From Lama glama (lineage: Eukaryota), in NCBI GenBank assembly GCA_028534125.1, contig CM052817.1:93498001-93562000 (forward strand): DNA of 64,000 bases, in the 5' to 3' direction. Numbering within the stretch: position 1 is the first letter of the stretch; every line of letters starts with the position of its first letter. A program made the translations under genes and the position numbers. Below, one piece after another: positions 52,810-64,000 of this stretch. The notes beneath the pieces were generated by a model that was not told where the DNA came from, ran no database searches, and worked only from the letters and a program-made list of their open reading frames with translations.

Positions 52810-54039
52810 CTCCAAGGATAAAGAAAAAAAAATCTATTCCATACAAGCCATTCAACCTATCTAGGGAGCTAGAACTGAAGTTTAATACCACTGAGAAAAG
52901 CTCTGGTTGTTTACTGGACTCATCAGGAAGCCAATAACCCAGCAGTTTGAGAAAGAAAAATAGTATTTAATAGAGGCCTCAACCATACAAAATAACAATA
53001 ACCAAATACCTGGGCACAAGGAGCTACTGTTAGCATTTGCCACTTGATTAAAAGAAGGCTTAGTCAGGAAACAGTGGTTTAAATTAATGCAAAATAAAAT
53101 TTAGAATAGGTTTGAATTGTGCTGATCTAAATGTATATATAGCTATAGTCTATGTTATCGGACAGACTTACACTGAAGTAAACTAAGACTGCATTATGTT
53201 ACTCAGGTTGTAAGATAATTTTGCTTCTTTGAGTGATTTTATTTCATTTCATTTTTTTTCACCTTTTCCAGTTTTATTAGGTAGAATTCTTTGAGTGATT
53301 TTATTTACAAGCCATCTTTTGCCTGAGACCTATTGCACAGGAACAGGAATTGCTTTCACCAGTGAACTGAACATGTGCCTGTTCAGGCATCCATGGAATC
53401 AGCTATCCCGAGAATGTTGCCATCCATCACCCCACAGGAGTCATAATTGCTAAAAGATATCAATTAACAATTCAACAATCCTCCAAGTATTCTTCGCTTT
53501 AACCAATAAAAAGACCAAACCGACAGACTGTTAAAAAATCATTTAAATCCTCTCACACCTTAAAAGAGTAACCTATATATTCCCTACCTTTACTTCTTTG
53601 CCCCTACCTCGACCCTATAATCTGAACAAAATCCCCTGATCCCATAAGATGACTGGCATTGAAGTCACAAATAAAAGTCTAAAGGCCAAGTCCTCTGCCT
53701 GGCCTCAGGCTTCCCCCAGTGTGCCTCTTTGCAGCCTTAGAAAATATTACTCGCTTTGAGAAGCAGGCTGGATTTTGGAAATCAGCAAAATAAACTCAGG
53801 AGCTCTCCTCTCCTCCACAATAAGCTCTAAGATTTTTTGTCAAATCTGAATCAAACTACCAGCTAGCACTCTCAGAAGTGAGGGATGCCAAGCATGAGAG
53901 AACAGGCATGCACTCTCTTCCCTAAAACACAGGGCTTGGCAGGATGCTGAGGAACTCCACTGAAGCCCAAGAGCAAGATCCAGTAAACAGTACTTTTGGA
54001 GACAAACTTAGTGCTTAAAACCATGTGTACTACTTCTGA

Positions 54040-54335
54040 GAAGGCTGACTTAATAAACTCTGGTGTCTCCTACACTATGGAGTAGAGAAAGTGCATCAGG
54101 CAGATTGAATCTCCCTAAACTTGAGGCCAGAAGATTACAAAGACACTTGAGAACCGAATGGCTTTTCAAGGAGCAATAATCATTGTAAATTCTTGCAGTT
54201 GTAAATTCTTTCTCTACTTCTTTGAAATATAAATCTTCTTCTAGCCTCTGGCCAATTTTACAACCCAGAAATGTCTTTCTCAAGGATCTTGGAGCCAGCC
54301 CTTTGAAATGTAAGCATCAAGAAAGACAGTGCCCA
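54040..54335 (+). mobile_element. ERV1 LTR fragment (MER34/MER39-like)
   Basis: caacccagaaatgtctttctcaaggatcttggagccagccctttgaaatgtaa, homologous to about 61800-61950. Confidence 0.65.
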
Positions 54336-55335
54336 GAAGAAACAGATCATCTGAATAAGCCTATATCTGTTACAGAAATTGAATCAATAATTTAAACCTT
54401 TCCCAAACAGAAAGGAAAAAACAGAAGGGTTCAGTGGTAAATTCTACCAAGTATTTAAGGTAGAAATTATATCCATTTTCTACAATCTCCTTTAAAGAAC
54501 ATAGGCAGAGGGAATACTTCCTAACTTTCTATTCTAATACCAAAAACCGACAGAGGCATTACAAGAAAAGAAAACTAGATCAATATCTCTGATGAAAATA
54601 GATGCAAAAATCCTCAACAAAATATTAGCAAATTGAATTCAAAAAGCATAACAAGAATTACAAGACAACCAGTTGGGATTTATCCCAGGTATGCAAGACT
54701 GGCTCAACATTCAAAAATCAATTCATGAAATCTATCACATCAACAGGCTAAAGAAGAAAAACTCATATCAATTGATGCAGAAAAAGCATTTGACAAAATT
54801 CAACTTTCAATCATGACCAAAACTCTCAGAAAATTAGAATAGAGGGGAATTTTCTCATTTTGATAAAGAACATGTACAAAAAGCCTACAACTAAGACCAT
54901 ATTTAATGCTAATAAAAGCAAAACTTTCCCACTAAGATCAGGTGCATGGCAAGGGTGTCCCTTCTCACCACTCCTTTTCAATATGGTACTGGAAGTCCTT
55001 GCTAATACAGTAACACACACAAAAAAAAATTTTCTTAAAGAAAAGATATGTAGACTGAAAAAAACACACAAATGGTCTTGTTCACAGATAACATGATCAT
55101 CTATGTAAAAAATCTGAAAAAAATTTGACCAAAAAACTCATGGAACTACTAAACAATTATAGCAAGGTTGCAGGACAGAAGGTTAATACACAAAAGCCAA
55201 ATGCTTTCCTATATACCAACAACATACAAGTGGAATTTGAAATTAAAATCACAATGCTACTTACATTAGCACCCAAAAAAATTAAATACTTAGGTATAAA
55301 TCTAATAAAATATATGCAAGATCTATATGGGGACT
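54336..55335 (+). mobile_element. L1 ORF2 RT fragment
   Basis: KTFPLRSGAWQGCPFSPLLFNMVLEVLA and IKYLGINL motifs, frameshifted. Confidence 0.92.
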
Positions 55336-55601
55336 GACAGCTGTTGGCTCCTATGTCACAGACCCACAGATGTAGAAATTGTAATGCCTTTGCCTGTCTG
55401 TAGAATATCCCAACAACAAGGCCTAAACCAAGATGATAAAACAAAGTAAACTTACATCTTGTTTTTGGAAACTAGCAGCAAGAGATAAAAGGAAAATTAG
55501 AGCAATCAGAAAACCTGGACAGAAAAATAGTACTTCTGGAAAAGATAAATGGATATTTGAACAAAATATGGTTCAGCTCAGACACACATGTGCACATGCA
55601 G

Positions 55602-55626
55602 ACACACACACACACACACACACACA
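55602..55626 (+). repeat. (CA)n microsatellite
   Basis: Directly visible. Confidence 0.9.
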
Positions 55627-55741
55627 GAGTTAATAAATTTGATTTCCAAACTAAAGATTTCATTAAATGAAATGCAGTGGATTACCACTGCTAGGAACCA
55701 AAATTGTGGCTTGAAAGGTCAAGAATCCAAGAGTCCTATTA

Positions 55742-55977
55742 CAATGAACTCATCTACAAAACAGAAACAGACTCACAGACATAGTAAACGATCTTATGGT
55801 TACCGGGGGAAAGGGGGTAGAAAGGGGTAAACTTGGGAGTTTGTTATTTGCAAAGGTTAACCACTATATATAAAATTAGATAAAAAGCAATTTTCTTCTA
55901 TATAGCACAGGGAACTATATTCAATATCTTGTAATAACCTTTAATGAAAATTTAATGGAAAATATGAAAATGAATAA

Positions 55978-56008
<31 letters not shown>

Positions 56009-56095
56009 CATGACTGGGACATTATGCTGTATACCTGAAATCAACACATTGTAACTGACTGTACTTCAATAAAATAAATAGATGAAATAAAATAA
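55742..56095 (+). mobile_element. Young 5'-truncated L1 3' end with (TG)n and a 10-bp TSD
   Basis: TSD AGTCCTATTA at 55732-55741 and 56096-56105, with an A-rich tail. Confidence 0.9.
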
Positions 56096-56099
56096 AGTC

Positions 56100-56700
56100 C
56101 TATTATAAAATTCAGAGCAAAAAAAATTATGACTAGGAAAATATAAAGGAAAAGATAGAGATAAGAGACTTGGAGGATAGATATGACCCAATATTCAAAT
56201 AATATAAACTTTAGGAAAAGAAAAAGAACAGATAAAGGCCAAGTTATAACTAAGCCACAGTAGAAGAGAATTTTTCTGAGCTGAAGAATCACTTAAATGG
56301 ACATTTGAAATGACTCACCCAGTTCTAGACTTCATTGCTAAGAAAAGATATATTCCCAGGCCTATGCAGTTAAAATTTCAGAATTCTGAACATAGACAAC
56401 ATAATGCATGAGCTTAAAACCACAAAGAACGAGTTACGTAAGAGAAAAGAAAATCACATCAGTGTGAGATTTCTCACAGGGATCCCTGGTAGCTATTAGA
56501 CAGTGGAATAAAATTTAGAACTAACTGAAAGACAGACCTGTCAACGTTAGAATCCTTTCATCAGCCCCGATATCCGTCACCCATCAGGGTGAAAAAACAG
56601 TATTTGAGGACAGGTGATAATATAGAGAGAATCACCCATATCCTCTATATGAAGAAAATAATTGGAAAAATACTCTAACCAAACAACCAGGTCAGAAATT
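56100..56700 (+). mobile_element. Ancient L1 ORF1 or HAL1-like fragment
   Basis: agaagagaatttttctgagctgaag and gatttctcacag...agacagtggaat motifs. Confidence 0.5.
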
Positions 56701-56859
56701 TTGAGATTAGGGAAGGTGAGTCAAGTAAAGCATAGTGAGTGGGCTGAAATGGTTAGGTTTTATGCACGTGATGATGAGCACCGAGAAAGTGAAGGCCATT
56801 GTCCAAGATAACGCAGGCGTTCAGAAGGGTACTTTGAAATAATATACAAAAAATAGCCT

Positions 56860-58226
56860 TTAGCTTTTACCTTCTCTAGCAATGATAAACTTGAAAATAA
56901 AATTTTAAAGTATACCATTTATAATGCTTACAAGCATCACAAAATACTGGGAGAGTAAAATGGCATAAGACGTGTGATACGTGGAAAAAAAAGCATACAA
57001 TTCTACTGAAAGATATTGAACAAGATCTGAACCAAACAGGAAGATCCTCAGGTAGGAAGACATGAAATCATAAAAATGACAATTTTCCCACAAATTAGCA
57101 CACACATTCAATGGAATTACAAGTAGAATCTCAACAGGACTTTACACAGGATTGAATAAAATATTTGGGGAATTACAGGAGGAATAGATGTCTAAGAACA
57201 GCTAGCAAAATTATGTAATGTAAGAACAATGAGGAGGTACTTAAGAACTGTGATACAGTCAATGTATTATTATCATATTTGATATGTCCTGGTACAGAAA
57301 TAAACAGATCAATGAAATGAAAGTGAGCCTAGAAATGGATCTTGCTAATGGTGATTAGTAGACAAATAATAGAGTATTAAATAAGTATGCTGGCACAATT
57401 AGCTATCTTAAAAATGCAATGGTTTACCCCTATTTTATATCATATGCAAAAACCAAATTCCTAATTATAAACTTGATTGTGAAAAAAAAAAGTTAAGTGA
57501 CAGCAATATTTGGTCAAGGGACAAAAAATCCTAGACAAGATTGGAACGCACAAATTATATCTATCTGATTATATGAAACCTTTTCTGAGGCAAATAAGTC
57601 AATAAACAAATGCCAAGCAAATGTGAGGCCAAAGATCAGTTATTCATAATCTACAAATGTATTCAAAGTATTAAAATAATAGGAAAAAGACAAACAGCTG
57701 GATAGAAATATGAGCAAAAGATTATGAAAGGACAGTTCACAAAGGAAAATGTTTAAATCTATCAATAGTTGGGGAAATGGAAATAAAACACAATGAAATA
57801 TCCCTTTACGTCGAACAGACTTCCAAAGATTAAAAACAAAAAAAGCTGTAGCACCAAATTCTGGCAGGGGTGTGGGAGAAAAAGGCACTCTACTGTATTT
57901 CTGGGAGTGCAAAGTGTTGCAGCCTTTTTGGAAGGCAATATAGCAAAATCTATTGGAATTATAAATGCTTTTACTTTCCCACTCCTGGGAATATGCTCCA
58001 TAGACTAAAAGGCCCAGTTCATTAACACTCATGTACGGGATGATTATTGCTCTTCTGTTCCTTTTCACCAAAAATAAACACAGAAACAAAAGCAAAGCAT
58101 TGTTAAGTGAATGCCCATAATAGGGGAATGGCTGAATGAATGATGACATACTACACAATGGAATATCATTCAGTTATTAAAGAGAGTGACTTAGAGGTTT
58201 ACCAGTTCACTTGGAAGTATTTCCAT
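56860..58226 (+). mobile_element. Old L1ME ORF2 3' region (continues after 58762)
   Basis: Decayed RT and C-terminal motifs, and acaatggaatatcattcagttattaaa. Confidence 0.7.
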
Positions 58227-58758
58227 TCAAGGGTAGCAAAATATGCCACCCAAAATATGCCACTTTAGCCTATGGATTATTGAGAGCTGAAGGTCAAGAG
58301 AAGCTCCCTGTCTCCCCTTTATCTGTCTGGAAGCAGAGCATACACTCCTCTTATGAAGGTTTCTCCCTCCCTACTTCTCATACCAGGAATGGGATAATAA
58401 TTTTATTATTGGAGACAAAATGGCACTGAGACAAGGTCTACACAAACCTTGCTAACTAGCCTGATCCACCATTAGTATCCCCGTATATTTGTCCTCCCTC
58501 AAGTTGCCACCCCGAGAAGCTCAAAGTCCTTTTCTTTGTCTTGTTCGTCTCTATTGTTCTTTGGTAAGATGCTAAGTCCAAATTCTCACAACCCATTTGA
58601 GTCACCAATCACTGAATTTTCTCCAGCATGAAGTGTATGGCACGTGTTAATAAACTGTTTTCCTGTTGTTGATGTGTTGTTTTGTCAATCAGTCTAATTT
58701 AAAGAAACTCAGGCAATGAACCTAAGACGGGTAGAAGAAAATGGTTTTTCCCCCCACA
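58227..58758 (+). mobile_element. Solo LTR, MER34-like (ERV1), nested in L1
   Basis: Starts near aatatgccacccaaaatatgccacttt and ends ...ccccaca. 4-bp TSD CCAT (58223-58226 and 58759-58762). Confidence 0.85.
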
Positions 58759-61599
58759 CCATTACTGTATCGTTGAATCAGAAAAGTACAGAAAAATGTG
58801 TAAAACATAATTATTTGCGATATAAGTGATTACAAATAAACATATAAAGGCCTGCAAATCATATAAACATATTTATACCATTATAGTATCGTATGAAACA
58901 GAAAGTTGGAAGGATAAATATTAGGACGCCACCAAGAATTACCATGCTGCTGGATGCAGTTAGGATGGTGATTTGTGTTGAAGATGGAGGAGAACAGGAA
59001 AAAATCAGGTCAGAAAAAAAAAAAGAATAGAAAAAGGACTATCAAAAAATTGGAAACTATCCAAATATGCAAAATTACATTCATGAATATAATTTTTAAA
59101 AATTACAAATGGTGATCACTCTGTTAACTTTAAAGCTATTTCCTCTGTGACTAGGAAAGCTTTTTTGGGTATTTTCAGGAAATGACAGGGAGGCAGCGGG
59201 CCCACAAGCTCCGGTGTTAGATAGCAGAGTTCATGTCCTAGCCCCGTCCTGGACTGGAGGGGAAACTTCCACTGCATTGCATTGTTCACTTTCCCAATTC
59301 AAAATGTCCTTATCTATGAAATAAGGTTGTGAAAATAAAATGCAACAATGCAATTAGACTGCTTAGGACAGTGTCTGATCCATACTAAATGCTCAATAAA
59401 TACCGCTATTAATATTCTCATTCTTATTATAGTTACTGCAAAGGGACCAGTTGTAGGTCCATGTTAGATAAAAGAAGGAGAGGAGGGCAGCGAGACGGTT
59501 TTGAGGTTCAAGCATAAATGACTTGGAATTATGTTGCTATATTTTAAATTCTCCATCCTAGGCTTTGATTGGGTAGCAGAGAAAGTCAAAATGTTTTAAC
59601 ATGACCTTCAAAATTCTTGTAATTGGTCTTTCACCCAAGTGCAACAACTCTCCTACGCCCAGACATTCTATTTGTTTCCCAAGCAATTCCTGCGATACCC
59701 AGAGTTACTATTAGGGTCAAACAAGGGAGACATTGACTCACGTTTTTTGATAACCTATTACATGCCAGGCACTGTGCTATACGCAGTAATACTGAAAAGT
59801 ACATTCTATCTCCCCCATTTTGCAAAGGTACTAATATTCTCATAGTTAAATGAATGTCCAAATTCGTTTTAATGCTAGCCATGTCTAGTTCCAAATCTCA
59901 GGTTTGTCTAATCAATTGCCGCCATCAGTGTACACATGTGCTATAAACAGTAAATATTCTATGAGTTTAAAAGTCGCTGGATATCTCATGGGAGGTTTCG
60001 GCTGTCTTAGAGTCTTGGCTGAGGTCCTAAAATCGAGGATAGCAGGTGATAAATGTTCACACATTCTAAATAGAGGTGCCAGACACTCCTACACAGATTT
60101 GCTGAAATACATCTAAACATGTTCCTATCTTCTTTGTCATCTATCACCAGTCTATACAAGGTTGATTCGGTCATGGAGCTTTTAAGAAAACTTGTTAGGA
60201 GAGAAGAGGGTGGGGGTTTCATCTCCCCACTTCCAGACTATGTTCGGGAACCACCCCATTACAGAAGGAGTTAGTTACTGGGCATGTGAGACACAGGGCA
60301 CTGTGCCAGACTACAAGAGCATCAAACTCAAGAGAACGTGTCCCTTTATTTGTTTCCTAGTCCCATCTCAGTCTTGGAGGACCCATAGACTTCAGAGCTT
60401 TGGAAGAAAAGGTGTGTAAGAGCAAAATGGGGGGAAGAGCGCAAAGGCAGAAAATCCCCCCCCCCAATTCTTTTACCACTGTTGGTCTGGGGAACTCTTG
60501 TGTCAGGACTGAGCTGGAAAGATAGATGCCTTAAATGGGATTAGAGGTGAAAGTTATGATATGTGATTGTCCTATGCTTTTACTATCAGTAAATGACAGC
60601 TCTAATATCCAAAGACCGCCCTAATATTCTTTCTGGAAAGATCTAGGATCTTTTTAGATAATCCCCAGTGGCAGAGACGGGAGGTCCCACAAAGTCTGTT
60701 CGAGGGCAGTGGTGGGAGAAGGAATAAGGCCATTTTGTGACCATCCCTCACTGACTGGTGATATAAGGAACCATTATTTCTCGACTCTGCATTGTCTGAC
60801 ATTGTTCACGTATGTTGCTTTCTCGAAATTCTGCCCAGCATTCTAGTCTCGCCTTCCATGACCCTCCTTCCATAATATCTCCGAATAAGTTAATCTTTCT
60901 TTTTTATGTTCCCACAGCCTTACACCCAATCAATTACACAGTTTTGTAGCCATGAGTATAGTCAGACCCCTCTGAAATAGTGAGCTGCTTCAGGACGCAT
61001 ACAGAGTCTTGTCTTTTTATTCCCAGTTCTTAGCACAGTGTCTTGCTCAGGCTAAATGCTCAGTACTAGCTGATTAAATTGCTGCGGAATAAATTGATAA
61101 TTGAAATCAGTCACAGAATCTAGGACCATGATATATCTGCTGTGCCCCAATATCTCTAGAGGATAAACCCAGAAATCATCCTGCACACAGCAGAACACTG
61201 TGTCTGCTTTCCTGTGGACTTCCCAGAGAAGAGTCACGGTCATTCTGACGCAGCTGAACATCCATGAAAAGGGAGACCCAGATGTCATCTGTACACAGAG
61301 CAAACAACTATTAGGCACCTATAATTTGTCAGGCCTCGGGCATGAAAAATAAAGAAGCCAGCACCTGGCCTGTTCTTTTAACCTTCGTTTACAGCCATTT
61401 AAAATGGATCTCAGTTTGGAAAATGTATATTCATCATTTGCTGAGAGCCCTGGCAGCTTAAACTGGGAGCTGATGGAACTCTGGTTGTGAGTTGTCAGCT
61501 CGCGGAGATGAAGATATGGAAACAGAGGTAGACATAGGCTGAGGGCGAACAAACAGGCCATGGTACCAACACCGGCCCCTTCCATAGACATCCTCTACT

Positions 61600-62196
61600 G
61601 GGAGTGTGTGACGGTTGCGTAAATCCCAGCCCAGCCTTTGACTTAATAATGGAATGTCCTGGAATTACGCTAAGTATACAAAGCTTATCATAACCCTGAC
61701 CAAGAGGCCTTAACATTCTCCTCAGCTTCACTAACCTTCAGATGGTTTCTTTCTCATGAGAGTCTCCTGATCTCTTTTTCCTTAGAGGATTTACTTTAGA
61801 AAACTTGTGACTGTAAATTCTTTCTCTGCCTCTTTGATGTGTAAATCTTCACCCAGTTTCTTGCCAGTTTTACAACTCAGGAATGTCTTTTCCAAGGACC
61901 TGGGGACCATCCTTTTGAGATGGAATCATTAAGAATGATAGTGCCCCTCTCACCCAGCCTCTGTGAGAGGGTAGCAGCCTAACTTCCATAGCATCAGTTA
62001 GCAACCACAGACGGCCTCATCACACTGCTCACGGGCCAGCCTGCCCCCTAGTCTCTATCAAAGTCTTCCTTGCCTGTTTAACTTCACCCAGTGCAACTGC
62101 TCTTTGACAACCACTGTAAAGCTCTTCATCCATAGCACAGTGGTGGTAATAGGTGTGATGAGTAAAATATTCAATAAAATTTCTTGCCTCTATCAA
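61600..62196 (+). mobile_element. ERV1 LTR (MER34/MER39-like), 5' boundary uncertain
   Basis: caactcaggaatgtcttttccaaggacctgggg, with AATAAA near 62173. Confidence 0.65.
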
Positions 62197-62197
62197 C

Positions 62198-62409
62198 CAG
62201 TACTTCTCAACCAATAGCAATTTTGCCAAACAGGAAACATTTGATAAAGTCCAGAGACATTCTTGGTTGTCACAATTAGGGAGGAAGAGAAGGGGGAGGT
62301 TTGCTTTTGGCATCTAATGGGTAGAGATCAGGGATGCTGTTAATCATTTTTACAATGTATAAGGCAGCCCCTCAAAAAATGTTAATAATGCATGGCTGAG
62401 AAAACCTGG
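62198..62409 (+). mobile_element. MER20 hAT-Charlie MITE
   Basis: cagtacttctcaacc...gagacattcttggttgtcacaa...ggcatctaatgggtagag...gctgagaaaacctg. Confidence 0.82.
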
Positions 62410-62552
62410 TATACAGGATCCCTTGAGCACGCTTCCTTAAGTCTCAGCCTGGTCAGGAAAATTAGGTTGTGCTAAAAAGCCTCCACCAGAATAAGTTAGA
62501 TTATAGATCCTAAAAACAACGAAAGCAGGCAACTGAAAAATAGCTACAAATA

Positions 62553-62697
62553 CAGTCATCCCTTGGTATCTACGGGGGGACTGGTTCCAGGATCCCCAAG
62601 GGCACCTGAATCTGCAGGTGCTCAAGTCCCTTATACAAGATGGCAGAGCACAGTCAGCCCTACACGATGCAGAACGCACAGATCGGAAGGCCAGCTG
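62553..62697 (+). mobile_element. MER2-type TcMar-Tigger MITE, internally deleted
   Basis: CAGTCATCCCTTGGTATCT...GATCGGAAGGCCAGCTG termini with a TA TSD on both sides. Confidence 0.82.
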
Positions 62698-64000
62698 TAG
62701 CTCTGGGGAAGACTATCACTGAGAAACATGAGTAGAACCAATAACATTTACAGAATATTGAGTTATTACTTTAACATGAAATGAGCCCATATTGGTGTAG
62801 GACATGGATCACTGTGGCTGAGGCGCAGGGTCTACCATTTCCTAACTGTGGCAGCGTGGCTCAGTTGTTTAATTCTCAGGCTTAGTTTTCTCCTGGGTGT
62901 GAAAGAGAAATAATAACCCCTGCTTCACAGTGTCATTGTACAGATTCAACAAGATGACGCGCCGTCACTGAGGAGCACGGAGTCCGCCTTGTAGTAAACT
63001 CTCAGTACACACCGCAATAAGAAAGGAAAACAGGGACCCCAGAATTCGCTACTTAATAAACAAGCGAGGGAATAACTGATGTCTAATTAAGTCCTGAGTT
63101 TATCATTTAATATTTTGAGACCAAGCTAACTCTTCAAACACCATTATTTTAATGAGAATTTAAGATCCAGATAATCCAATTTGTGGGCTGGCTTTTGGAA
63201 TCACTTTGGTCTCATAATCACATGAAGGTATTTCCCAGGAAAAATCTAATTAGATGTTTAATTAATCTGGATAGGCTAATGAACTGCCACTCTGCCATTA
63301 TCTCTTTAGAGATCCATCTCAATCAATTTAGGTGCACAACAACTAATAATACAGACTGCCACCCCCGTCACTATCTCACTGACAAAGGAAGGGCTCTTCA
63401 GTTAGCCTGTAGCCCCCTTAGAAGAATCACTAAGTTTGCAAATGCTCTCTTAATAACTGGCAAGTTAACTTAAACAGATTACCTGATTTCTTTTTCATTT
63501 ACTCAAAAAACAGTTATTGTAGCAATAATAAAGAGCATACATACATTTAATCCACTTGTGATACACTGACATCATTTTATCTGGCAAGCACACAATAAAA
63601 AATTAAACACCTTCCCTCCTTCTCCCCTTTTGCACACAGGTAGAAAATCTGTATCAGGACAAACTGACAAAGTGATTCTGTGTGGCTCAGATGTGAATGA
63701 GCTTGGCTTATTTTGTAATGTCAGCCTCTACTTCATTCTCATCAACCACATGTTGAGTAATAAACCTTAGCCACTATGCCTTATTTTTATTTGTCCCACG
63801 TTTAGAGCTTCTATTATTTATATCAGTCTTGTGCTTTCTTAGCAATATGTTAAAGAGTATCTGAGTTTCCTCAAGAGCTATATTTTAAATTTAAAAATGC
63901 ATTAGAATATGAGCAGTAAAAGCATAAAATCCCTTAAGTCTCCACTCAATAATTCACTATTAAATCAATATATAAAGAACGTTTTTTAAGCCACCAAACT

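Noticed and set aside
57640..58158. Longest ORF in the track (172 aa, minus)
   Set aside because: Antisense reading of a decayed A-rich L1, giving a typical F/L-rich spurious peptide.
54040..62196. Two same-family, same-orientation LTRs about 7.6 kb apart, suggesting a full provirus
   Set aside because: The intervening DNA is L1, HAL1-like, MIR, L2 and another LTR. There are no gag/pol/env remnants or primer-binding site, and the two copies are clearly diverged, so these are independent insertions.
1..64000. CRISPR-like arrays, prokaryotic systems, or an intact L1 or transposase
   Set aside because: No regularly spaced repeat-spacer arrays. All mobile-element ORFs are fragmented by stops and frameshifts.

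Overview
Mammalian, AT-rich, repeat-dense genomic DNA. Two tRNA-derived vic-1-type SINEs suggest a camelid. The window lies in the 5' part of INPP4B (inositol polyphosphate 4-phosphatase type II), transcribed on the minus strand. Two coding exons are securely identifiable: 7716-7806 ([33 protein letters not shown]) and 5285-5329 (SIQKSPNEPQLEFIL). The next coding exon is not in the window. Upstream (higher coordinates) are several exon-like segments with canonical splice signals: 29296-29361 and 37097-37150 are strong; 31236-31319, 51777-51908 and 52730-52809 are weaker. All end in phase 0 and are stop-free in one frame, so together they could form a spliced upstream ORF that ends just before the INPP4B start codon. 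This is the most interesting lead, but it is an inference that needs transcript and ribosome data. The rest is intronic: L1, L2 and MIR fragments, solo LTRs, hAT and Tigger MITEs, and microsatellites. Several insertions have readable target-site duplications (TSDs), nesting, or a twin-priming inversion. Most ORF-track entries are repeat-derived or chance. No CRISPR array, rRNA or true tRNA gene was seen. Repeat family names come from recalled consensus motifs, not a database search, and many boundaries are approximate.
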